From: Octopus sinensis
Taxonomy: Eukaryota
Direction of reading: 5' to 3'
Assembly: GCF_006345805.1 (NCBI RefSeq)
Contig: NW_021827685.1
Coordinates: forward strand, 1-10,006
Length of the DNA stretch: 10,006 nucleotides
Below the pieces are notes generated by a model. It ran no database searches and was not told the DNA's origin. It worked only from the letters and a program-made list of their open reading frames with translations. Of the stretch, positions 1 through 8,264 are shown piece by piece (position 1 is the stretch's first letter; every line of letters starts with the position of its first letter). A program made the translations under genes and the position numbers.

Positions 1-16
1 TCAGTATATATATAGC

Positions 17-77
<61 letters not shown>

Positions 78-87
78 ATATATATAT
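1..87. repeat. (TA)n microsatellite, interrupted
   Basis: Direct reading; abuts the 3' end of the minus-strand SINE fragment at 88-216. Confidence 0.95.
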
Positions 88-216
88 CTTTATTGCCCAC
101 AGGGGCTAAACATAGAGTGGACAAACAAGGACAAAGGGATTAAGTCGATTATATAGACCCCAGTGCGTAACTGGTACTTATTTAATCGAACCCTAAAGGA
201 TGAAAGACAAAGTCGA
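88..216 (-). mobile_element. 5'-truncated SINE fragment (body and tail, no tRNA head)
   Basis: Minus strand reads tcgactttgtctttcatcctttagggttcgattaaataagtaccagttacgcactggggtctatataatcgact...tgtgggcaataaag. I recognise this from recall as a common octopus SINE body. Part of it resembles the module at ~3124-3182 and ~8135-8192. No A/B boxes upstream. Confidence 0.7.
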
Positions 217-273
217 AATGCGTCATTACAATTTACTTACTTCCCAAAAATCGAAATTTATTTATGACTCTAC

Positions 274-281
274 CTATATAT

Positions 282-356
<75 letters not shown>

Positions 357-380
357 TATATAAATAGAATATATATATGC
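274..380. repeat. (TA)n microsatellite
   Basis: Direct reading. Confidence 0.95.
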
Positions 381-646
381 GTATATGGATACCAAAACGT
401 CACAAAACGTAAACAACATGCAATACGAAAACGAGCAACTTTCGAAGCCTCATATTGTCGTTAAATGCTCAAAATGTGGAGTAGTTGGACAGCCGATAAG
501 TAATAAACGGTCGTTCTTTATGTAACTTGTCTTGTTCTCCATTTGTTTCTCTCGTTGTCTGCATACACAAGTTTGTTTTCGTATTTCATGTTGTTTACCT
601 TTTGTGACGTCCTGTACTCATATATGAACATATATATGTATGTATG
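371..646. repeat. Inverted-repeat (foldback/MITE-like) element between microsatellites
   Basis: 397-432 (acgtcacaaaacgtaaacaacatgcaatacgaaaac) matches the reverse complement of 575-610 at 34/36 positions, with a 142-nt spacer. Weaker similarity extends outward into the TA-rich flanks. Confidence 0.75.
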
Positions 647-808
647 TATGTATATATGCATATATATATGTGTGTCTGTGTGTGTGTGTGTCTGTATCAC
701 ACATACACACACGCGCGCGAGCATACGCACACATACACACGCACATACACACACACACATAAACACACACACACAGACACATATATACATACATATATAT
801 ATATATAT
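620..808. repeat. Compound microsatellite (TA/TATG/TG/CA)
   Basis: Direct reading. Confidence 0.9.
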
Positions 809-863
809 GAACAACAAGAAAATTTCCATTTCAAATTTGGAATAATCTTATCCCTGTTTGACT

Positions 864-1110
864 GTTAAGCTTTTCATTTATTTATTTATTTATTTCATCA
901 AGTTTTTTATTTATTTTATTTATTTGTTTTGCTTCCATTGTTTCACTTTATACTTATTTTTGTTTGTTTCATTTATTTCGTTTTACATTTTATTTTATAT
1001 TTTGATTTTCCTTTGCTGCATCTGTTTGTATTTGTCTTAAATTGCTGTATAAGTTTCTACAATGTTGATATCTTTATTGTCCTCTTGTTTATGTATTTGT
1101 TTATTATTAT
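864..1110. repeat. T-rich low-complexity tract (degenerate TTTA/TTTG)
   Basis: Direct reading. Confidence 0.8.
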
Positions 1111-1120
1111 TCCTTTTCAG

Positions 1121-1200
1121 TTTTCATTCCGACGCCAACAAGGCGCTAGAACACCTCAGGAATAGAAACAACGTATCGATCTTCCCATCTGGAATGTTAA
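1121..1200 (+). CDS. Possible small coding exon, product unknown
   Basis: Strong acceptor (ttattccttttcag, ending 1120) followed by a more GC-rich island with an open frame from 1122: FHSDANKALEHLRNRNNVSIFPSGM. Only weak donors (GT at 1196 or 1201). Confidence 0.15.
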
Positions 1201-1344
1201 GTGATTGGGATCGATTTTTGGTTACGTATCTGTTTATTTAGCTCGTGTTTCTCTGAGGGTTCTGATTTCTGATTGTATGTGAAAGTACGCCAGTACGTAT
1301 GTGTGTGTTTACGGGCGCTTGTTTGCATTTATGTGATTGCTTGA

Positions 1345-1711
1345 TTATATATGTATATCTATATGTATAGATGTGTGTGTTTGTGCATGTGTATGTATGT
1401 GCATATAAATATATACATATATATGGATATATATGCATATATATATAAATGCAAGTATATGTATGTACATACATATAGATATATACATATTCATATGTAT
1501 ATATATATATATATTATATATACATATATATATACACACATATATAAATATATGTTGCATGTGTTTATAAGTGTGTGCGTTTATACATATAATATATATA
1601 CACGTATCATTATATATAGATATTTTATGTATATATATACGCATATATATATATATTTGTGTATATTATATATGTATATTTGTGTATATATATGTATATA
1701 TATCTATTATA

Positions 1712-1765
<54 letters not shown>

Positions 1766-1800
1766 ATTATATAATAATATATATATATATAAATATATGC
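1345..1800. repeat. Long degenerate (TA)n-rich microsatellite
   Basis: Direct reading. Confidence 0.9.
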
Positions 1801-2106
1801 TCTTGTTTTTATATTTATCTCCCTACACGTTGCTTAAGGTCAAAAAGCAGACTTGATCATGGACAAACAGATACGGATGCAGGGTAGCATTGATAGGTGA
1901 GTAGAGGAGTATACGTACGGTTTCGATAGATAGCTGATATACATGTGTGTGCGTGTGCATGTGTGTGTGTACAAAAATATACATAGATATGTACTTATAC
2001 ATATAGTTACAGAAACACACATACTTATACGAGGATGATGAAAATACACCTTAAGCATTTAAAAGGTGCATAGTAAAAACTTTCTTAGGAGACATTTCAC
2101 TCATTA

Positions 2107-2158
<52 letters not shown>

Positions 2159-2222
2159 CATCTATGTATCTATCTATCTACCTGACTATCCATCTATTTA
2201 TCTATCAAGTTATCTATCTATT
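2107..2222. repeat. (TATC)n tetranucleotide microsatellite
   Basis: About 13 near-perfect units, then degenerate. Confidence 0.95.
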
Positions 2223-2227
2223 AGATA

Positions 2228-2670
2228 TGTATGTTATGTATATATAATATATATTATATATTATATATAATATATATATTATATATGTGTGTGTGGTGTT
2301 GTGAGTGTGTGTTGGTGTATACTGTATATATATATAATATATATATTGTATTTATTTTTCAGTCTATCTCTCTATCTATCTGTCTGTTTATTTATATGTG
2401 TAGTTTGTGTATGTATATATTATATATATATAATATAATACACTCACATATATATATGTATGTAGTATGTATGATGTATGTATGTATGTATGTAGTATGT
2501 ATGTACGTATGTATGTATGTAGTATGTATGTATATTATGTATGTATGTATTATGTATGTATGGTATGATGTATGTATGTATGTATGTATGCAAGCATGTT
2601 TGTAGGTTCGTATGTATTTATGTATATTTGTATGTTTACATGCATGTATGTATATATGTTTCTATGTATA
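2228..2670. repeat. Compound TA/TG/(TATG)n low-complexity tract
   Basis: Direct reading. Confidence 0.9.
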
Positions 2671-2810
2671 CTTCAAAAATGTATTTCTGTACAGGCATGG
2701 TTCTGCCAAAGACCTCATTAATAGAAAATTTTAGAAAGCTAAAAATTAACATAACTTTATATAGACTGAGTAAAAACAATCCAAGGCAAATATATTACGA
2801 TAAACATATA

Positions 2811-3254
2811 GGCGTAGGAGTGGCAGTGTGGTAAGTAGCTTGTTTACCAACCACATGGTTCCGAGTTCAGTCCCACTGCGTGGCACCTTGGGCAAGTGTC
2901 TTCTACTATAGCCTCGGGCCGACAAAGCCTTGTGAGTGGATTTGGTAGGCGGAAACTGAAGAAGCCCGCGTATATGTATATATATATATAGATATATAAT
3001 ATATATATATATATATAATATATGCGTGTGTGTGTTTGTGTGTCTGTGTTTGTCCCCGTAGCATTGCTTGACAACCAATGCTGGTGTGTTTATGTCCCCG
3101 TCACTTAGCGGTCGGCAAAAGAGACCGATAGAATAAGTACTGGGCTTACAAAAGAATAAGTCCCGGGGTCGAGTTGCTCGATTAAAAATGATGTTCCAGC
3201 ATGGCCGCAGTCAAATGACTGAAACAAGTAAAAGAGTAAAAGAGTAAAAGAGTA
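2811..3254 (+). mobile_element. tRNA-derived SINE, full-length copy 1 (CORE-like body, internal microsatellite, (GTAAAAGA)n tail)
   Basis: A-box-like tggcagtgtgg 2821-2831; B-box-like gagttcagtcc 2863-2873; MIR/CORE-like ggcaccttgggcaagtgtctt...gcctc from ~2882; internal TA/TG tract ~2971-3050; 3' hairpin cagtc-aaat-gactg 3208-3221; three GTAAAAGA units 3228-3251. Colinear second copy at 7845-8264. Confidence 0.92.
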
Positions 3255-3357
3255 TATATTAAATACCCTTGGATGTAATCGTGCCTCGGGTATATAGCGT
3301 TACTTTATCTAAATATATTTGCCTCAAGTTGTCTTCAGTTGGGAAGACATGTCAGTA

Positions 3358-3394
3358 CGAGGGGCGTTCAATAAGTAATGCCCCTGACCCACTT
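3358..3394 (+). repeat. Mariner terminal inverted repeat (3' end of element)
   Basis: cgaggggcgttcaataagtaatgcccctgacccactt; differs from the other TIR by 2 substitutions and 1 indel. Confidence 0.95.
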
Positions 3395-3430
3395 CCCATA
3401 GGAGTAGAGTAACGAAACTTGGCACAGTTA

Positions 3431-4477
3431 TTAGTCTTTTTCTACATAGCAACCATCCAGAGTTACGCATTTCTCCCATTGTTTGATGCAGCTCTGGAGA
3501 CCGTTTTTGTAGAAGACCCCAGCTTGGTCCTCCAACCTGAACGTGACTTCAGAAATCAAGGCTGCATCATCTGGGAAACGCTTTCCTTTCAAAAACAACT
3601 TCATGACTGGGAAGAGGTGAAAATCAGAGGGTGCAAGGTCAGGAAAGTAGGGGGATGGGGGAGGAGTTCATAGCCATACGCCTGTGCTTCTGATCTGGCG
3701 ACAAGCGAGTTGTGGACCGGAGCGTTGTCCTGCAGGAGGAGGATGCCTTTGCTGATCTTGCCCCGCTCTTGATTTTGATAACTTCTCTTAATTTCCTCAA
3801 AAGTGAAACATAATAGGCTCCTGCAATTGTGGTACCCTTTGCCAGGAAATCTTTCATCACTACTCCGTCCTGGTCCCAGAAGACTGTGAGCATGACCTTG
3901 CCAGCGGAGGGCTGCACCCTGCCTTCTTTGGAGGGGGTGAGTCACGTGCTTCCACTGCATTGACTGGGCTTTGGTCTCTGGATCATCGTGATGGACCCAG
4001 GTTTCATCCTGTGTAATCAGTCTTTTGAAAAATTTTGACTCATCTTCTTGGCACATCTCCAAATTCACCCTCGAGCACTCGACGCGTTCTTGCTTCTGGA
4101 AAGGCGTGAGCAGCCTGGGAATCCATCTGGCAGACACCTTTTGCATATGCAAATGGTCATGAATGATAGTTTTCACAGACCTGGTACTAATCTTGACCTC
4201 ATGGGCTATTTGGCGAATAATTATGCGTCGATCTTCCAAAATGGCAGCCTCAACTTGACGGACAGATTCCTCATCAATGGCAGAAGGGGCGACCAGATCT
4301 GAGAGCTGTTTCCACAGAGTTCTGACCATGTTTGAATTTACGATGCCAGCGTTTTACAAGGTCATATGATGGGGCATCATCACCATAAGTTACTTTCATT
4401 TCATCAAAAGTCTCCCGTGGTGTGCGTCCTTTCAAATACAAAAACCGGATCACTGCTCGACACTCAACATGCTCCAT
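3431..4477 (-). pseudogene. Mariner transposase pseudogene (~349-350 aa when repaired)
   Basis: ATG at 4477 (MEHVECRAVIRF...), WIPRLL motif, QDETW (D at 4008-4006), QDNAPVH (D at 3729-3727), YFPDLAPSDF (D at 3625-3623, giving D34D after repair), C-terminus ...KQWEKCVTLDGCYVEKD*, stop at 3433-3431. Frameshifts near 4287, 3944, 3919, 3766 and 3652. Confidence 0.95.
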
Positions 4478-4545
4478 TTCACACTTGACTCGGTTCAAAC
4501 ACCTGTAAATCAGAAACCACAATTTCAGCTAGATCAAACAACTGC

Positions 4546-4581
4546 AAGTGGGTCAGAGGCATTACTTATTGACGTCCCTCG
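4546..4581 (-). repeat. Mariner terminal inverted repeat (5' end of element)
   Basis: Reverse complement is cgagggacgtcaataagtaatgcctctgacccactt. Confidence 0.95.
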
Positions 4582-4620
4582 TATTTGTGAGCAGACGTGT
4601 GTACGTGTATTTCAGAGTAT

Positions 4621-4646
4621 AGACAGATAGAGAGAGAGAGGGGGGG

Positions 4647-4701
<55 letters not shown>

Positions 4702-4724
4702 GATAGATGAACAGACAGACAGAC
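4621..4724. repeat. Compound (AG)n/(GATA)n/(GACA)n microsatellite
   Basis: Direct reading. Confidence 0.95.
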
Positions 4725-4798
4725 TTTTAAAAATATTGCACCATCAGTAAAGAAAGTTATGGAAGAGACACTAGAACGGTTAACGACACAGACAAAAA

Positions 4799-4929
4799 TG
4801 TGTGTGTGGGGGGTGTTTGTGTGTGTGTGTGTGAGTGTGTGTGTGTGTGTGTGTCTATGTGTGTCCATGTGTGTACACCTATGTATATAATATATATGTA
4901 CATATGTATATACACATATATATGCTTAA

Positions 4930-4977
<48 letters not shown>

Positions 4978-5056
4978 CATGCATGTATATGTATCTATGT
5001 ATGTATATATATACATATATGTGTATGTATGTATGCATGTATATACATATATATGT

Positions 5057-5129
<73 letters not shown>

Positions 5130-5188
5130 CATGTATGTATGTATGTATGTATGTATGTATGTATGTATGTATGTATGTATGTTTGTAT
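4799..5188. repeat. Compound (TG)n/(TA)n/(TG)n/(TATG)n microsatellite
   Basis: Direct reading. Confidence 0.95.
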
Positions 5189-5484
5189 CTAGCTAGCTAT
5201 CTAAATTTATACTCAAATACGTACACACTTATCTTGGTGTTGTGTGCGTCTAATTGCAATAGCTAGCAATATTTATTTCAAAAAAGAAAATTATAACAAA
5301 ATAAAATCTTTCAAAGTTCACAAGTTTTCCATATTTATTTCTATAAAACATCGATGTTTTTCATTTCGTATCGATGGTTATGAGCGTTATATTTTTTGGT
5401 ATACAATTCCTGTTACTTTGTTCTTTTCATTCGAAATATTTTGCATTTATGTTTTAAGAGTTATTTTCAATGATTTTTTTTCTT

Positions 5485-5498
5485 TGTGTGTGTGTGTT

Positions 5499-5529
<31 letters not shown>

Positions 5530-5553
5530 CTGTGTGTATGTGTGTCTGTGTGT

Positions 5554-5584
<31 letters not shown>

Positions 5585-5708
5585 AGCGCGTGCGTGTATG
5601 TTATCTCAATTTCTTTCAATTTCTTGTTAGAGATATCTCTGAATAATGTGATAGATACACACATACGCACAAACACAAGTACACACACAACACACACACA
5701 CACACACA

Positions 5709-5750
<42 letters not shown>

Positions 5751-5792
5751 TATATATATATATACGTATATTTACTAATAAATATACATATA
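5485..5792. repeat. (TG)n tract (5485-5599) facing a (CA)n tract (5657-5740), then (TA)n
   Basis: Direct reading. Confidence 0.92.
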
Positions 5793-6061
5793 TTCTGGTA
5801 CAAACACGGATACTCACACGTAGATGCATGCAAACACGTATACACATGAAGACAGAAATGTGGAGACCGATTTGGGTAAACATTTTACGGTTATTTCTAA
5901 CAGATAGTCCGTTTACATAGATGTCCCTCATACATCTCCATTGTCCTTGTCTTGTAAAAAAAAAAACGTAATTGCTACATTAGGTAATGTATATAGTCCA
6001 AAATGTACAAAAAGGTGAGATTTAACAGCTGGAGCGCTTTCTTGATGATACACAGAACAAA

Positions 6062-6099
6062 ATATAAATTTAGTAGTTGTATATAAATTTAGTAGTTGT
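6062..6099 (+). repeat. Perfect 19-bp tandem duplication (atataaatttagtagttgt x2)
   Basis: 6062-6080 equals 6081-6099; lies 4 nt upstream of a 5'-truncated SINE. Confidence 0.95.
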
Positions 6100-6103
6100 A
6101 TTA

Positions 6104-6395
6104 CCCAGTGTTTAGGGTAGCGGACTCGTGGTCGGAGGATCGCGGTTTCGATTCCCAGACCGGGCGTTGTGAGTGTTTATTGAGCGAAAACACCTAAAAG
6201 CTTCACGAGGCTCCTGCAGGGGTGGTGGCGACCCCTGTTGTACTCTTTCGTCACAACTTTCTCTCGCTCTCTCTTCCTGTTTTTTTAGTAACGCTACGAT
6301 GGCCTGGCGTCCCGTCCAGCTGGGGGGAATGCATACGCCACAGAAACCGGGAAACAGGGCCCATGAGTCTGGCTAGGCTTTAAAAGGTCGACGTT
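6104..6395 (+). mobile_element. tRNA-derived SINE, slightly 5'-truncated, tail type X
   Basis: Head 6104-6172 is 65/69 identical to the head of the minus-strand SINE at 6855-6923; B-box-like gtttcgattcc; tail contains gatggcctggcgtcccgtccag...agaaaccggg. The 3' boundary is approximate. Confidence 0.85.
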
Positions 6396-6602
6396 TATCG
6401 TTTCATTAGCACGGCAGATAGGAATAAAAGAGTATGTGTTCAATAAACGAGTAGAATAAAAATTGATGTGTGAGTGCGTGGAGAAAACAAAAACGAGAGG
6501 GACGACGGAAAGAAGTTGTAAGATCACCTGCACGATTCGAACGCAGCGTCTGCTGACAACCGTATATCTGTGACAACCACTACACCAAAGTGACATCATA
6601 TG

Positions 6603-6938
6603 GATGGAAGCACTCCGTCGGTTACGACGACGAGGGTTCCGGTTGATCCGATCAACGGAACAGCCTGCTCGTGAAATTAACGTGTAAGTGGCTGAGCATT
6701 CCACAGACACGTGTACCCTTAACGTAGTTCTCGAGGATATTCAGCGTGACACAGAGAGTGACAAGGCCGGCCCTTTGAAATACAGGTACAACAGAAACAG
6801 GAAGTAAGAGTGAGAGAATGTTGTGGTGACAGAGTACAGCAGGGATCACCACAATCACAACGCCCGGTCTGGGAATCGAAACCGCGATCCTACGACCGCG
6901 AGTCCGCTGCCCTAACCACTGGGCCATTGCGCCTCCAC
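6603..6938 (-). mobile_element. tRNA-derived SINE with target-site duplication, tail type Y
   Basis: Consensus A box TGGCCCAGTGG (6926-6916); B-box-like GTTTCGATTCC (6882-6872); flanked by tgacatcatatg (6591-6602) and taacatcatatg (6939-6950), 11/12 identical. Confidence 0.92.
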
Positions 6939-6994
6939 TAACATCATATGCTTGTTCGTACAAAGAAGACTTGACCTAACCTAATTTGCTTCAC

Positions 6995-7842
6995 TGATCT
7001 TGAAATGAGTAATTTTTCAGCTCAAGAAGTCACTCCATGGATTTATTTACTTGTTCAAGATTGATTCTCAACCTATGAATTATCTATCTGGTTCTAACGC
7101 TTTGAAATTCTTTTAACAGCATTATATTTTACGCCAGTATTTTGACATAAGCTCTTGTATTTTTTATTTAGGAGTTGTAAGGAGCTTGTAATTTAATGAA
7201 GATTTGACTCCCTGAACCTCAAAGCTATGGAAAAGGCTTAGAAGTGAAGCTTATTTTCAGAAGTAGGAGATCAATGGAGTTTCGTTTAATCATATATCTG
7301 GCCATATCTTGGTCTTTCATTTTCAGTTCGGTAAACTGATATCATTGGGTTTATCAAAGAATCAGATGCGTCAACAATAGTAATTCAGGAACCCTCTGGT
7401 TATTTCCACTTTCAGTCAGATTTGTCTTTGATTTCTAATTTTCTCACGCCAACTGATTTGATCTTTATCTTTCTTAAACAGGTCATCTGTTGCTCGGTAT
7501 AACGGTGTGATGTTTCTCAATACTTCACAGTTTACAAGGCATGCCAGCAAAATGTTGTTCTCCTGTGAGACTGATATAAAATCCTCGGAGAAAATTGATT
7601 CTCTTCCTTTTCACTCTGTTTTATTAGAATGTATGTATATTGTCTTGACTAAAATGTTTCTTAACTTGCTCGATGGCATCTACTTGGAGGTGTTGTGAGC
7701 GCACGAGGGGTGAAAAACGTCAAGGGACGGTCTAGGGGATTTGACTGTTTAGTCATCATTTTTCTTAGAAATAAAATACTTAAACTTGATACACCGGTTA
7801 TATTTTAAACGGATTTTCAGTAAACTGTTTTGAGATTAATTT
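6995..7842 (-). pseudogene. Possible decayed Penelope-like linker and GIY-YIG endonuclease remnant
   Basis: Manual translation across several frames gives, in order: KLISKQF (7842-7822), CLVNCEVLRNITPLYRAT (7541-7488), DISL..TENE.RPRYG (7343-7301), ELMSKYW (7154-7134), AEKLLISRS (7021-6995). These resemble recalled PLE motifs KLIDKHF, CP..G.CL...IVYQAT, YIGLTEN.FK.RY, ELSKYIW and EKL.I. Many stops and frameshifts; some spacings are longer than expected. Confidence 0.4.
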
Positions 7843-7844
7843 AT

Positions 7845-8264
7845 GAGGAATGGCTGTGTGGTAAGTAGCTTGCTTACCAGCCACGTGGTTCCGGGTTCAG
7901 TCCCACTGCGTGACACCTTGGGCAAGTGCCTTCTACTATAGCCGCGGGCCGACCAAAGCCTTGTGAGTGGTATTGGTAGACGGAAACTGAAAGGAGCCCG
8001 TCGTATATGTGTATATATATATATATGTTTGTGTGTGTAAATGTTTGTGTGTCTGTGTTTGTCCCCTTAGCATCGCTTGACAACCGATGTTGGTGCGTTT
8101 ACGTCCCCGTGACTAAGCGGTTCGGCATAAGAGACCAATAGAATAAGTACTAGGCTTACAAAGAATAAGTCCTGAGGTCGATTTGTTCGACTAACGGTGG
8201 TACTCCAGCATGGCCGCAGTCAAATGACTGAAACAAGTAAAAGAGTAAAAGAGTAAAAGTGTAA
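7845..8264 (+). mobile_element. tRNA-derived SINE, copy 2 of the 2811-3254 family
   Basis: A-box-like tggctgtgtgg 7851-7861; B-box-like gggttcagtcc 7893-7903; same body, shorter internal microsatellite, same hairpin (8217-8230) and GTAAAAGA tail (8237-8260). Possible degenerate TSD gagattaatttat (7832-7844) / gagattgtattat (8265-8277), 10/13. Confidence 0.92.

Larger units (their letters stand above)
3358..4581 (-). mobile_element. Mariner (Tc1/mariner, DD34D) DNA transposon, 1224 bp, probably irritans-type
   Basis: TA at 3356-3357 and 4582-4583; TIRs at 3358-3394 and 4546-4581; internal transposase pseudogene. The N-terminus (RAVIRFLYLKG...SGRP) and the TA-CGAGGG TIR start resemble Himar1/Bytmar1-type elements (from recall). 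Confidence 0.97.

Noticed and set aside
2694-2735. Acceptor-like tttctgtacag followed by HGSAKDLI (kinase-like peptide)
   Set aside because: The frame stops after 12 codons and there is no good donor.
264-2834. Many ORFs rich in YI, CV, TH and MY repeats (also at 4566-5931 and 9087-9732)
   Set aside because: They are translations of TA/TG/CA/TATG microsatellites, which lack stop codons in several frames.
2746-3078. Paired similar ORFs here and at 7874-8083
   Set aside because: The similarity comes from antisense reading of two copies of the same SINE.
3330-3349. 7-bp hairpin tgtcttc/gaagaca just outside the mariner TA site
   Set aside because: Too short to distinguish from chance.
2107-4724. 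(TATC)n and (GATA)n tracts in inverted orientation around the SINE and mariner
   Set aside because: Both are common microsatellites with no unique flanking homology, so they are not terminal repeats of a larger element.
5345-5360. Perfect 16-bp palindrome aaaacatcgatgtttt
   Set aside because: Roughly one such palindrome is expected by chance in 10 kb of AT-rich DNA, and there is no supporting context.
6862-6938. Possible tRNA gene on the minus strand
   Set aside because: It has A/B boxes but no clean acceptor stem and continues into a SINE body bounded by a TSD, so it is a SINE head.
6173-6963. GC-richer ORFs of 67, 138 and 103 aa
   Set aside because: They lie in or run through SINE sequence and contain no recognisable domain.
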